IMG/VR virus record: IMGVR_UViG_3300047509_000106
Span: 3,405-67,404 of that record
Source: a virus
Length of the DNA: 64,000 nucleotides
Strand: one strand, 5' to 3'
Below, piece by piece: positions 47,533 through 57,014 of the stretch (positions are counted from its first letter, which is position 1; the number at the start of each line of letters is the position of its first letter). Made by a program: the position numbers and the translations under genes. A model generated the notes under the pieces. It was not told where the DNA came from, did not search any database, and saw only the letters and a list, made by a program, of their open reading frames with translations.

Positions 47533-47662
47533 GTCCATCCCAGCGGATGCTGCGATACGTGCAATACCTGCGGGTGTTATCGCAGCCGGCGTTTCCGCTG
47601 TCGATGCCGCGGCTGGACCGGCTGGAGTCGTACCTGATGCAGCGGATTATGAGGACCAGAAA

Positions 47663-48046
47663 ATGAACAACATCCCTACGGTCGTCATCGTCATTATCGC
47701 GGTCCTGCTCGTCGGCATCTTCGTGCTGTTGCTGCCGACCTACGCTACCGCCGACCTAAAGGCAGTCGTGGACGTGGAGGACAAGCGGATCGCTGAGCGG
47801 AAGGTCTACCTGCGCTACGAATGGAGTGAAAGCGAACTGACGACGTGCGAGGCGTACCTGCCGAAAGGCGAAGTGCCGACGGAGCAATCGTGGGAGTTGC
47901 TATTCGAGAACACCGAGGTCATGCGCCAAGCGTTCCAGGTCGCGAAGCACAATCCGAACGGGCAGAAGATCACCGTGCGGGCTCGCGAGGTGCAGACGCT
48001 TCGCGGACGGGGGTTGTTGATTGAGTCGATTAGGAGTTCGTGGTGA
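47663..48046 (+). CDS. Membrane-anchored hypothetical protein
   Basis: N-terminal TM helix; GAGGA RBS. Confidence 0.55.
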   Translation: MNNIPTVVIVIIAVLLVGIFVLLLPTYATADLKAVVDVEDKRIAERKVYLRYEWSESELTTCEAYLPKGEVPTEQSWELLFENTEVMRQAFQVAKHNPNGQKITVRAREVQTLRGRGLLIESIRSSW

Positions 48047-48309
48047 GGCGTCTTCGTGGCTGGCTTGCGAGACGGTTTTACCGGGCCGCGTTCATGTGCG
48101 ATGTTGAACGCGAGATAGAAGTTCGCGTCGTGCGCCAGACGGACGGGATGGTGGAATTGCGACTGGAAATCGCTTCGCTCTGGCTGGCGATTCCGTTGGG
48201 TGAAGATGAGCGCCAAGAAATCGGCAACGCTCTGTTGCTGCCTGGCGAACGGTTGACGGTGGATTTTGGAGATTGAAAGCGGTGCCAAACGCTTTTGTCG
48301 GAGTCTGAC

Positions 48310-49086
48310 ATGCGAGTCTTTGTAATCGCCGTGGCGCTGGCCATACTGGCGCTGCCTATCGTTGCTCTTTCGGCGTTCGGCCAGTGCCGAACCGCCTACG
48401 CGCCACAATACTATCAGCCGACTTACCAGCAGAGCTACGCGAACTATCAGATCGTGCAGCCCGTGGCGGTCGCGACGTTCCTAGTACCGAACACTTACTA
48501 CAGCGTGCAGCCCGATCTCGCCGCTGCTCGCATCCAACAGCAAATTGCCGACGACGCTGCGGAGCGTGCGTTAGGGAAGATGTTGCAATTACTCAAGCAA
48601 CAGCAACCGGTACCGGGCGCTATCCCGCCGGCCGCTGGGCAGGGAGCGCTGGCCGCGCCGCACGATCACGCGACGAGCTTGGCAACGAAGGTGCAAGCGG
48701 TCGTCGCGGCCCATTGCATCGCTTGTCACGGTGCGGGCAACAAGAACGGAATCGACCTGACCGACGTGTCGCGGCTCGATGACCGGCAGGCAATGGCCGT
48801 GCATCTCCGCACGTCGCTCGATCCGGTTGACCCGGGCTACATGCCAAAAAACAAGGCTGGTGAGAAGACGCCGGCTCTCGGTCAGCAAGAGTACGACGAC
48901 ATCACGCATTGGGCCTTTGAAGTGGCGAGCAAGTTCCGCAAGGCAGCGCCGCTCGCCAAGCCGGCCGTGCCCGATAAAGCCGTCGATCCGAAGCCACCGA
49001 TTCCGCCCGCCGTCGATCCGAAGAAACCGGGCGACGATGACAATGAAGTGGCGAAGCGGAAGAAGAAAGGCCGACCAATCGGTTGA
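48310..49086 (+). CDS. Secreted planctomycete-type cytochrome c domain protein
   Basis: Signal peptide; HCIACHG...G.DL...MP...L...E...I..W. Confidence 0.75.
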   Translation: MRVFVIAVALAILALPIVALSAFGQCRTAYAPQYYQPTYQQSYANYQIVQPVAVATFLVPNTYYSVQPDLAAARIQQQIADDAAERALGKMLQLLKQQQPVPGAIPPAAGQGALAAPHDHATSLATKVQAVVAAHCIACHGAGNKNGIDLTDVSRLDDRQAMAVHLRTSLDPVDPGYMPKNKAGEKTPALGQQEYDDITHWAFEVASKFRKAAPLAKPAVPDKAVDPKPPIPPAVDPKKPGDDDNEVAKRKKKGRPIG

Positions 49087-49357
49087 GAACTGTAGAGCGG
49101 ACTGCGCTGTCGGTGCCAATCATAAAGGCGGCGCAGGAAGCTCTACACGAAATGGGCCGGGGCGTTCTACTAAGGACGTTGGGCTGATCGTCGGTCCCGG
49201 AATTGCTTGGCACCGCGTTTCGCCGGCCCTATAATATAAATGCCACACCAGACGTTCGGCGGTCCTGCTTGTGGGGACCGCTAATTTTGATGCAAGCCCC
49301 TGCGGTGCCAACGTTCCGTTAATATAAGCGGTGCCAAAACGCTTTCGGGAGTTGGTA

Positions 49358-49828
49358 ATGTTTCGTCTCACTTCTTTGTTTTTGGCCGCTCTGTCGATCG
49401 GTCTCTTGGCAACGGATGCAAAAGCCTGCAATCGGGTTTGCGCCGCCGTCGCAGTGCAACAAGTCAGCTACGCTCAGCCTGTAGCAGTGCAGCAAGTCGC
49501 CCTGGTCCCCCAAGTCCAGTCCTACGCCGTGATGCCGTCCTTCGCTCAGGTCCAGGCCGTCAGCTACGCGGCACCAGTCCAGTCGTTCGCCGTCCAGTCC
49601 TACGCGATGCCGGCCTTCGCGGCTAACGTCGGCTACGGCGGGTTCTCTGGCCGTGCCTTCCCGGTCGCCGGGTTCAATGGCGGCTTCGGGGGCGGCGCTG
49701 GCTTCCGCGCTGGTGGTGGAGGCGGTGGGCTCGGGCTCGGCGGGCTGGTGAATGCAGTGGGCAACGTGGCGAACTCGCCGGCAGGTCTTGCGGCCCTCGG
49801 GTTCCTCGCCGGTCGCGCTGGTCGCTAA
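49358..49828 (+). CDS. Secreted low-complexity Gln/Val/Gly-rich protein
   Basis: Signal peptide (AKA-C), VAVQQV and VQSYA repeats, Gly-rich tail. Confidence 0.65.
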   Translation: MFRLTSLFLAALSIGLLATDAKACNRVCAAVAVQQVSYAQPVAVQQVALVPQVQSYAVMPSFAQVQAVSYAAPVQSFAVQSYAMPAFAANVGYGGFSGRAFPVAGFNGGFGGGAGFRAGGGGGGLGLGGLVNAVGNVANSPAGLAALGFLAGRAGR

Positions 49829-49844
49829 TTTGAGTTGATGCTGA

Positions 49845-49874
49845 CGCTCCGGCCGAAAGGCCGGAGCGCTCTTC
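49845..49874 (+). terminator. Terminator-like hairpin
   Basis: CGCTCCGGCC-GAAA-GGCCGGAGCG, weak U tract. Confidence 0.55.
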
Positions 49875-50099
49875 TATGTCAGGGCTCTTACCAGCTTGGC
49901 AAACCTGTCCGCACGATTTCCCAATCCTGCATGAGCTACGCTACCCCGACGGCGAGAAGTACGGCGTACTGGCCGTCTGCTTCCACTGTCGATGCCGGCG
50001 CGTGACCGATTGGGACGGATGGACGACGCGGTACATGCCGCCGATCCCGCGGCGAAGCGAGTTCAAGGGCGGCATGTTGCGCTGGCTGATTGGGCTGCG

Positions 50100-51134
50100 T
50101 TAGGAAACGCGGTTGGCGGCTTCGCGCAACGCCTGCGCGTGAGCGCCGACGTGTGCATAGACCTGATCTATCATCGCCGTGCTTTTGTGACCTAGCAGCT
50201 CCGCGAGCATTTTCGGGTGAATCCCTGACAGAACGCCACGGGTACAAAAACCATGCCGGTAGCCGTAAGCGAAAGTTCGCCGTCCTAAGTGTTTCTTCGA
50301 CATCTTCCACAACCGCATTTGGATTGCATGGGGCGTGAGCTGCCTATCACGATTGCCGCGGAATAGCGCCCCTTCCTTATGCTTCTCCCGTTGCTCGGTC
50401 ATGATCGTCAGCGCCTCTTGCGACAGGTAGAGGATGCGAGATTGCCCCTTGTGCCGCGTTTTGTGCTTCTGAAGGGCAATCACTCCGTTGGCCCAATCGG
50501 TCCCCTCTACGGTCAATCCTGCCGCTTCCCCGGGCCGACAGCCCATGCACCAACAAAACCGACAAAGTTGCCTGAAATCGCCCTTCGTTAGTTCCAATAT
50601 CCGAAGGTGGGTTTTCTCGTCGATCGTTGCCTCTGCGCCACGGGCCTCTTTCGGGGGTAGGCGTAGCTTGAAATCCTTCCGTCCGGCCCACCGGATGAGG
50701 TTTTGGGCCTGACTGAGGTACATCCGCCTGTAGCTATTTGACCATGGCTGGGATGCAGCCTGACGCTCGATTGCGAGCGGATCGGCTGTCTGTGCTGTCG
50801 AATCGGGGAAATGCCGTCCAAACGCGTTTAAGACAATCCCCATCCACCGTAACGCCCCGGTCCCGAATCGGTGCTTGAACGTGTCGAGGTACACGGTGAT
50901 CAACTCGGCCAGCGGTTCCGGTCGATAGCCTGACTGCCCAGAATTGGCCGCTGCGACGGCCTCGGTGATCATCCCCTTCAGTTTGTCGAGGTCCTGAAGT
51001 GCTGCCCACGCCCCCGCCTCATCCGACGGATCGTGAACGCCTAGACTCTTCTGTTTTCCATTGCGTGTCACTGTCCAGACTCCCGCGGTTCGCTTTCGAT
51101 TCCATCTGAACCACGGGCGGCTTTTCCTTGCCAT
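50100..51134 (-). CDS. int: Tyrosine integrase
   Basis: GCRPGE (R), HKT (K), YGYRH, LLGH, VYAH (Y); N-terminal arm-binding-like segment. Confidence 0.9.
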   Translation of the reverse strand: MARKSRPWFRWNRKRTAGVWTVTRNGKQKSLGVHDPSDEAGAWAALQDLDKLKGMITEAVAAANSGQSGYRPEPLAELITVYLDTFKHRFGTGALRWMGIVLNAFGRHFPDSTAQTADPLAIERQAASQPWSNSYRRMYLSQAQNLIRWAGRKDFKLRLPPKEARGAEATIDEKTHLRILELTKGDFRQLCRFCWCMGCRPGEAAGLTVEGTDWANGVIALQKHKTRHKGQSRILYLSQEALTIMTEQREKHKEGALFRGNRDRQLTPHAIQMRLWKMSKKHLGRRTFAYGYRHGFCTRGVLSGIHPKMLAELLGHKSTAMIDQVYAHVGAHAQALREAANRVS

Positions 51135-51567
51135 GTTCAGCCCCTTTTTTGGAGCCGAACGGTGCGGATGCGTGCTTCGCCGGGTGGGACCTACTACGTA
51201 AGTCCATACACTGCCATTGTATCAGACAAAGGAGATGTATGTCCGAACGGTACATCTCCTTTTCACCGGCACGCCAAACACCGTCAAAACAAGCGAGTTT
51301 TGCACCGTCCGGCCGAGTCGGGCGGGGTGATAGCGTCCGTTTTGGGGCGTGTAAAGGGGGATTAGTGCGTCGGGGAGTGCGAGACGCACGGATCAATCTT
51401 TCAACTCGTCAGCGAACGCCAACAGGATCGGCGGGGAATTGTGGGCTAGGCGAGCAATGATCATCGCCGCGTTTTGAAGGTCGTGCCCGGTCGTATTCTG
51501 TCTGCCAGCAATTTCGGCCAGTGCCATCGCTATCACTTCGCGGGCCTTTACCCATTGCTTAGCCGTC

Positions 51568-52107
51568 TCAATCATCCCCTCGCCTCTCCTTCGCACCCGG
51601 CTCCGACTGCCGTAATTCCTTCAGCAGCAAGTTGCCGACGAATGCGATGGTCTTGCAGATTTCCACAGTTTCGGCCGAGTATTGAGATGGCCAGTCAACC
51701 ATCACGCCAAGATAGGTTGCCGAGCAGATGGCGCATAGCATCGTCTTCTGGCCGGCGAAGTGGCTGCCATCGGATCGTGTGAACTCTTTGACTCTGACGC
51801 CGCGTGACCGGCAGCAGTCACATTCGGACTCGTCAATCTCAGCCATCCCTCTCTCCTCCGTCGGCTTGGCGAGCAGGGCGGCGGCCTTTTCCACCGCATC
51901 CGACATAACCGATCCGTTTGGCGAATCTCCGGCGCGAAGCCTGACTACGGCTCGGTGCAAGTACGATAGACCGTCCCGCAGCCGGTCGCACTCGGCGCGA
52001 AGCGATTCGTGGCTGTCAAGTAGTTCAAGCCACTCGCTAGTTTCGTTCGGAAACCAGAGGCGGGCATTCGCGATCTGCTCGGCGGACAGGATGTTGTCAG
52101 TCGGCAT
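51568..52107 (-). CDS. Hypothetical protein with Cys-rich C-terminal half
   Basis: Internal GAGAGGG-ATG suggests a second start. Confidence 0.45.
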   Translation of the reverse strand: MPTDNILSAEQIANARLWFPNETSEWLELLDSHESLRAECDRLRDGLSYLHRAVVRLRAGDSPNGSVMSDAVEKAAALLAKPTEERGMAEIDESECDCCRSRGVRVKEFTRSDGSHFAGQKTMLCAICSATYLGVMVDWPSQYSAETVEICKTIAFVGNLLLKELRQSEPGAKERRGDD

Positions 52108-52139
52108 TTGCCTTTGCCAGCTCTTCTCGCGTCATATCG

Positions 52140-52490
52140 CTACCGACCTTCCCCGCGCCCGATCAGCGCGGCACAATGCGGCTTGATGACTTCCATGTAG
52201 CCGACCAGATGCTTCCAAGCTGCCTCAGACAAGTCCTCTGGCGTCTCAACTAGAACGTACTCGCCGTGATCAACGAACGAAAGCGCACATCGGCCTTTTG
52301 GGCGCTCCGGCTCAGGCGGCTTTTTCTTCGGTAGCAACACGTCTCGAATCCAATCGCTCAGCTTCATGCCGGATCGCTTCGCCGCTTCGTTGAATAGCTT
52401 CCGCTCTTCCTTCGTGGCCCGCAATGCGATGATTGCCGACTTCTGTTTGCCACGTTGGAATTTCGGCCGACCGCCTTTGTTCTTTCCCAC
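52140..52490 (-). CDS. Ribbon-helix-helix-like regulator
   Basis: GGRPK...IALRAT.EE...F.EAA...GM.LSDWIR..L. Confidence 0.7.
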   Translation of the reverse strand: MGKNKGGRPKFQRGKQKSAIIALRATKEERKLFNEAAKRSGMKLSDWIRDVLLPKKKPPEPERPKGRCALSFVDHGEYVLVETPEDLSEAAWKHLVGYMEVIKPHCAALIGRGEGR

Positions 52491-52556
52491 GATCGCTACT
52501 GACCTCCAATCGCTCCCGCGAATTTGTCAAACTCTACGCAGTGCAGCCGGGGGGAC

Positions 52557-52829
52557 TCACTCGCGGCCCGTTCGTTCACAATTCTTTTCCGGCGGCTCGG
52601 TCGGCGGCGACAACGGCAGCCAATGCGTAGCGCGGGCGAAATTATCGAATCCATCCCATTCGTATCCAGTTTCCTTTTCTCTCCGGTACAGGCCGTCACT
52701 AACCTCGACATATCGGTCATACAGATTCGGGTTGTACCGTCCGACCTCGTATTCATCGTCAACGAAAATTACGAACCACGTTCCGTCGCGCGGCGCGGTC
52801 TCAATCGGTTGCCAGACTTTGTTCTTCAT
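52557..52829 (-). CDS. DUF551-like phage protein
   Basis: WQPIETAPRDGT...THWLPL..P. Confidence 0.7.
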   Translation of the reverse strand: MKNKVWQPIETAPRDGTWFVIFVDDEYEVGRYNPNLYDRYVEVSDGLYRREKETGYEWDGFDNFARATHWLPLSPPTEPPEKNCERTGRE

Positions 52830-53044
52830 CGCAATCTCCTACTGACATTTTCAACCAGTCGCGATTCGCTCACAATCGTTGCAGTGCAGCCACGGACCGC
52901 AGGCATTTTTCCCTTTACAAAATCGGCGCTCGACAATACAGGGTAGTCGTCAGGACGAGATAGGCATCACGTCCGCCCCAGCTTCCGGCCGAATGCACAA
53001 CGGCCGAACGGGCGCAGCAAGTTCTCTCGCAGAATCCCACTCCG

Positions 53045-53356
53045 ATGAACACCGAAACCGTTTCACCGCGGGCCGCTGCCGCTGCGCGCGTCCGCGCCGA
53101 AGGACCAATCACTCTCGACCAAGCTGCTACCGTTTTCGATGCTCCGAACCGCAAGGGGCGCGTCAGTTGGCGCACGTTAGAGCGGTGGATTATCAGCGGC
53201 AAGCGGGGCGTCCGGTTGGACGGAGCGCGTGTGGCTGGTCGTTGGTGTACCAGCCTCAGCGCCCTCCTGAGATTCAGGCAGCAACTCGGACTTGAAAAAA
53301 CCTCACCCGACCAAACCCTGCCACACCAGACCGCAACGCGCCAGACCGAGCCGTAG
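53045..53356 (+). CDS. DUF1580-like excisionase-type HTH protein
   Basis: ITLDQAA...TLERWI..G.RGVRL...RVAGRWCTS..AL.RF. Confidence 0.7.
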   Translation: MNTETVSPRAAAAARVRAEGPITLDQAATVFDAPNRKGRVSWRTLERWIISGKRGVRLDGARVAGRWCTSLSALLRFRQQLGLEKTSPDQTLPHQTATRQTEP

Positions 53357-53385
53357 CTGGCCCAACCTCGCCCCGGACCACACCA
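53306..53385 (-). repeat. 5-nt periodic (GGNNN)n tract
   Basis: CC every 5 nt on + strand, about 15 units. Confidence 0.7.
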
Positions 53386-53704
53386 AATGCTCACGCAACC
53401 GCCATCGTCGCCGCCACATTGCGGCGCACGAGCGCCGCATCCTGTTGGATCGACCGGGCGTTGCGCCGGATGCGCGACACGGCCAGCGCCGTCTCGCGAT
53501 TGGCACGTGGCAAGCTGCCGGCGAGTTCGTCGGCCATCGTCTCGATCTTCGATGCGATCTCTTCGGCTTGTAGCAGTTCGTCCATTATTTGCCTGTGGGG
53601 GCGCGAACATGGGACATAACCATTGTAATGTAGGGACGTTGGGGCGCGGTATGGGTTCACGCACTCTTCACGGCTCACTCCGACCCGCCACCGGGGCGAC
53701 GGGG

Positions 53705-53977
53705 CTAGGCGTCTGCGTCCGGTCTACGCTCGGCTTTCAATTGGTCGAGTTCGGCGGTCCACTTGCCCGCCGCGCGCAATTCATCCTCAGCGTCGAGGAT
53801 CAAGTCCTCAGCGGCCATCCCGACTTCCGCCGAAACGGATCGGCGGCGAATCTTGGCCAAATCTTGAAGTGCGGACGTAACCGCAATCCAGGCGCGTCCA
53901 TAGAAGGGATCGGTTGGACGGTCGTTTTTAGGCCGACCGGGGCCTTTCTTTTTTGCTTTTGCCACAACCGTAGTCAT
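53705..53977 (-). CDS. Putative repressor (GRPK + RHH-like)
   Basis: GPGRPK...ALQDLAK..RRSVSAEV; divergent from a strong promoter. Confidence 0.55.
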   Translation of the reverse strand: MTTVVAKAKKKGPGRPKNDRPTDPFYGRAWIAVTSALQDLAKIRRRSVSAEVGMAAEDLILDAEDELRAAGKWTAELDQLKAERRPDADA

Positions 53978-54070
53978 ATCGACCGCCTCACTTTCATTAT
54001 GCAGTATACACACGAAAAGTGCAAGGGAATACTGATTTTGAATAATTCTGTCTTTTTTTGTCAATTCTTA

Positions 54071-54099
54071 TTGACAACAATCGAATAGCCTGTTAGATT
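54071..54099 (+). promoter_or_regulatory. Sigma70-type early promoter
   Basis: TTGACA-17 nt-TAGATT with extended TG in an AT-rich divergent intergenic region. Confidence 0.75.
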
Positions 54100-54351
54100 A
54101 AGGGTGTAGTGAAGATGAAAGTCAACCAAAGGAGAACGCAATGTGCCAAACGCTTCAAACCCTGATCCACCCGACGACGATGAAGCGGGCCGAGATCGCC
54201 CTGTGGCAAACGCTGGACGGCCCCAGATTCGTCGTTCGGCTGGCAACGGGCTGTCGGACCGGCCGGCGCTTCCTGGCGTTGCGGCAGGCCGTGCGGTTCG
54301 CGGAGAAGTCGATTGCGTAGACCCCCACCCTTCGCCCCAGAGGAAAAAGTG

Positions 54352-54753
54352 ATGGCAAACGAGCAATACAAGACAGTCGATAAATTCGACCGGGCGCTTG
54401 GAAGCCTTGCCGGGCTTCCCGACGTGACGAAAACTCCGCCCTCGACCGTGACCGCGTTCACTCCGCTAATCGGAGCGGCGCAGACATTCATCATTCAGAC
54501 GTTCCGGCAAACAGAGCGCGACACGTTGCCAAACGGGGACACCGTTAGCCGTAGCCGGGACACTTTGTTTTTGCAGTACGTCGATGACACTGGAGCGGTG
54601 CGGATGGTGATACCACACGGGGCGATTGACGCGATCATTCGCCAGCGAGACTCGTTGACAACGCGAGTGCGGAAGCGTGTTGGGAAAGAATCGGCCGCTG
54701 CCCGCAAGGCGCGAGGCGAACTGCCGGGATTCATGAAATCAAAGAAGAAGTAA
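54352..54753 (+). CDS. Early hypothetical protein
   Basis: AGAGGA RBS; basic C-terminus. Confidence 0.55.
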   Translation: MANEQYKTVDKFDRALGSLAGLPDVTKTPPSTVTAFTPLIGAAQTFIIQTFRQTERDTLPNGDTVSRSRDTLFLQYVDDTGAVRMVIPHGAIDAIIRQRDSLTTRVRKRVGKESAAARKARGELPGFMKSKKK

Positions 54754-55311
54754 CTCGCCCCCACCCTTCGCCCGCAAAGGTGCCCAGATGACCGCGACAA
54801 TGACCCACGAAACGATGCACCCGTTCTGGCTCGCCGGCTACAAGGCTGTGTGCCAGGGCGAGACGTTGGCCGAGCTGGTCGAAAAGGTGGCCAACGACCC
54901 CCGCAAACTGCGATTATCGGTTGAGCAATGGCAAGCTATTTTGGACGGTTTTAACCGCGTAGGCGCTGACGAGTAATCACCAAAACCCTTCGCCCGCAAA
55001 GGCCCAGCCATGTACGAAGTGCAACCCGCCAACGAGACCGCCCGCCAGCAATGGGAACACGAGATGGGCTACCATTCAGCAGAACGCGCGGCCCACGACG
55101 ACGCGGCCGAATTGGAATGGCTGGTATCGCTTGGCTGGTGTCCATTCTCCGGCGTCCTTCCGTCAGAGTTTTTGGACGCGCACAATATGGCAGAGGTCTA
55201 ATGAGTCCTGCCGCGGTCTGGTGCGGTCTGGTGGGGCTTGCTGAGGCCCGGTTTGGCATGGTTCGATTTCTTCGCCCGCGTGCAGACGCCCGAACTGGAA
55301 CTGGTGTGACC

Positions 55312-55989
55312 ATGACCGAAGAAAACGCATTCGCGCGAGCGATCATGTCGGCGCTAGATGACGCCGCCCCGCAGTTGGTCTACTCGGACTGGCTTGAGGA
55401 GCGCGGGCAGGAGAAATTGGCGATTGACCTTCGGCGCGGCTCAATTGTTCGCAACAATCTTTTCGACGGCTGCGGCGGCGACGGCGGCGGCGGCGGCGGC
55501 GACGGCTACGGCGGCGGCGACGGCTACGGCTGCGGCGGCGGCGGCGACGGCGGCGGCGGCGACGGCTACGGCGGCGGCGGCGGCTGCGGCGGCGACGGCG
55601 GCGGCGGCGGCGGCGGCTACGGCGACGGCGGCGGCGACAGCTACGGCTACGGCGACGACGGCGACGGCGGCGGCGGCTTAAAACTCAAGGAGTTAATCAT
55701 CATGCAAGACGGCCTCTACATCCTCAGCATTCCGAGCGGCTATTACCCGTATGTGATCGTGGGTTGGGTAAATGTGAAGGGGCTTGAGGTAGAGGTCCGT
55801 CACGGTCGGATCATCAAGCGATTCGGCCAAAACAAATCGCTCTCCGAGTTAGCCAAAAACGGGCCGGCTACTGACACGCAATTACTCCCGGCTTCCGAAC
55901 TGGAAGAATTCTGGCGAACAGCAATCAGCCGCGCCATCCCCGCCAACGAAAAGGCATGGCGAAAGCACGTGCCGAAGATTGAGGCTTGA
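55312..55989 (+). CDS. TIGR02996-like domain + Gly/Asp repeat + C-terminal phage domain (own RBS/ATG near 55702)
   Basis: AF..AI....DD.APQLVYSDWLEERG; (GGC)n linker; IKRFG...LSELA.NGP. Confidence 0.65.
   Translation: MTEENAFARAIMSALDDAAPQLVYSDWLEERGQEKLAIDLRRGSIVRNNLFDGCGGDGGGGGGDGYGGGDGYGCGGGGDGGGGDGYGGGGGCGGDGGGGGGGYGDGGGDSYGYGDDGDGGGGLKLKELIIMQDGLYILSIPSGYYPYVIVGWVNVKGLEVEVRHGRIIKRFGQNKSLSELAKNGPATDTQLLPASELEEFWRTAISRAIPANEKAWRKHVPKIEA
55466..55677 (+). repeat. GGC-based triplet microsatellite encoding Gly/Asp/Tyr/Cys
   Basis: About 70 codons, nearly all GGC/GAC/TAC/TGC. Confidence 0.9.
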
Positions 55990-57014
55990 ACATGGACACA
56001 TACCCCGAACTGCTCGGCGACGAGGAAGTCTGGCCCTGCCCCGTGTGCGGCACGTTCGAGTTGTGCGACTGCAAGCAAGAGTTAGCCGCAGAGGCGTGGG
56101 CGAATCGGTGCGGGCAGGTGATGCCGGAGTATAGCGACGACGAGACACCTTTTTAGGAGATGTGATGTTTAGCATTCGGTTTGGCGGCGTCGAGTTGACC
56201 CGAGCGGACTTCGACAAGTCGTTCCGCGATTACGTCGCGTTCTCGATTGCCTTCGCAGCCAATACGGGTTGCCGAGACAAAGAGGCCGCGCTGGAATTGC
56301 TGCGATATGAGGCGGACAGCCTTATTGAAAAGTCGCGGGCCGACTTGCTCGCGGCGTGCCAAACATTGCTCGACAGATTCATCGCCGTCTGTGCTGACGA
56401 CAACGGCATCGACCCGGCAGACCAAAAGAGGATCGACGCCGCCCGTGCCGCAATCCAGAAAGCCAAGCAACAGCCCGCATGACGCCGCCCGCACGCCAAG
56501 CCAACAACCGCCGCGTCAAGCGCGGCCAAGGAGAGAGCACATGGCAGAGAAGAAACAACTAGATCACGCCAAAATCGCTGGGATTCTTGGAGCCAGCAGC
56601 GTCAAGTTCAAAGGCTACACCGCTGAGGAACAGACGGGCGGGTCGTGGGCCGTTTGGGGCGACAATCCAGACGTGCCGATTTGTCGAGTTTCAGCGGGCA
56701 AGGAATTCCACACCCCCGAAGAGGCACGGGCTATCGCTGTTCGGATCGCTCAGGCATTGAACGACTACGGATCGAACCAGGAAACGGGATCAGCCATGGA
56801 GAACGACGCATGAAGGATTTGCCGTTTGCTATTTGGCGTAAGGTGCTCGAAAAGCGCCGCGATGAAGTCGCCAAGGTGCGCGACAAGTTGGAGAAGGACC
56901 TGGACGAAATGAGCGGTCTTCTCGATTCATGCCAACGCGCCCATGAGGACATCGAATCGGCCATAGCTGCGCTCAGTGAATTGGCTTGAGGAAACGGAAC
57001 CAGGAGTCTCGGCA

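Noticed and set aside
49207-49225. Sigma-54 promoter (TTGGCAC)
   Set aside because: The -12 TTGC element is not correctly placed in any copy; the motif is better explained as a repeated hairpin/operator.
45469-50100. Host chromosome flank / prophage boundary
   Set aside because: No housekeeping genes, and phage-type small ORFs are interspersed and continue on both sides; treated as morons, though not fully excluded.
55358-55681. Poly-Ala/Thr ORF
   Set aside because: Alternative frame of the GGC microsatellite; the Gly-rich frame links recognisable domains.
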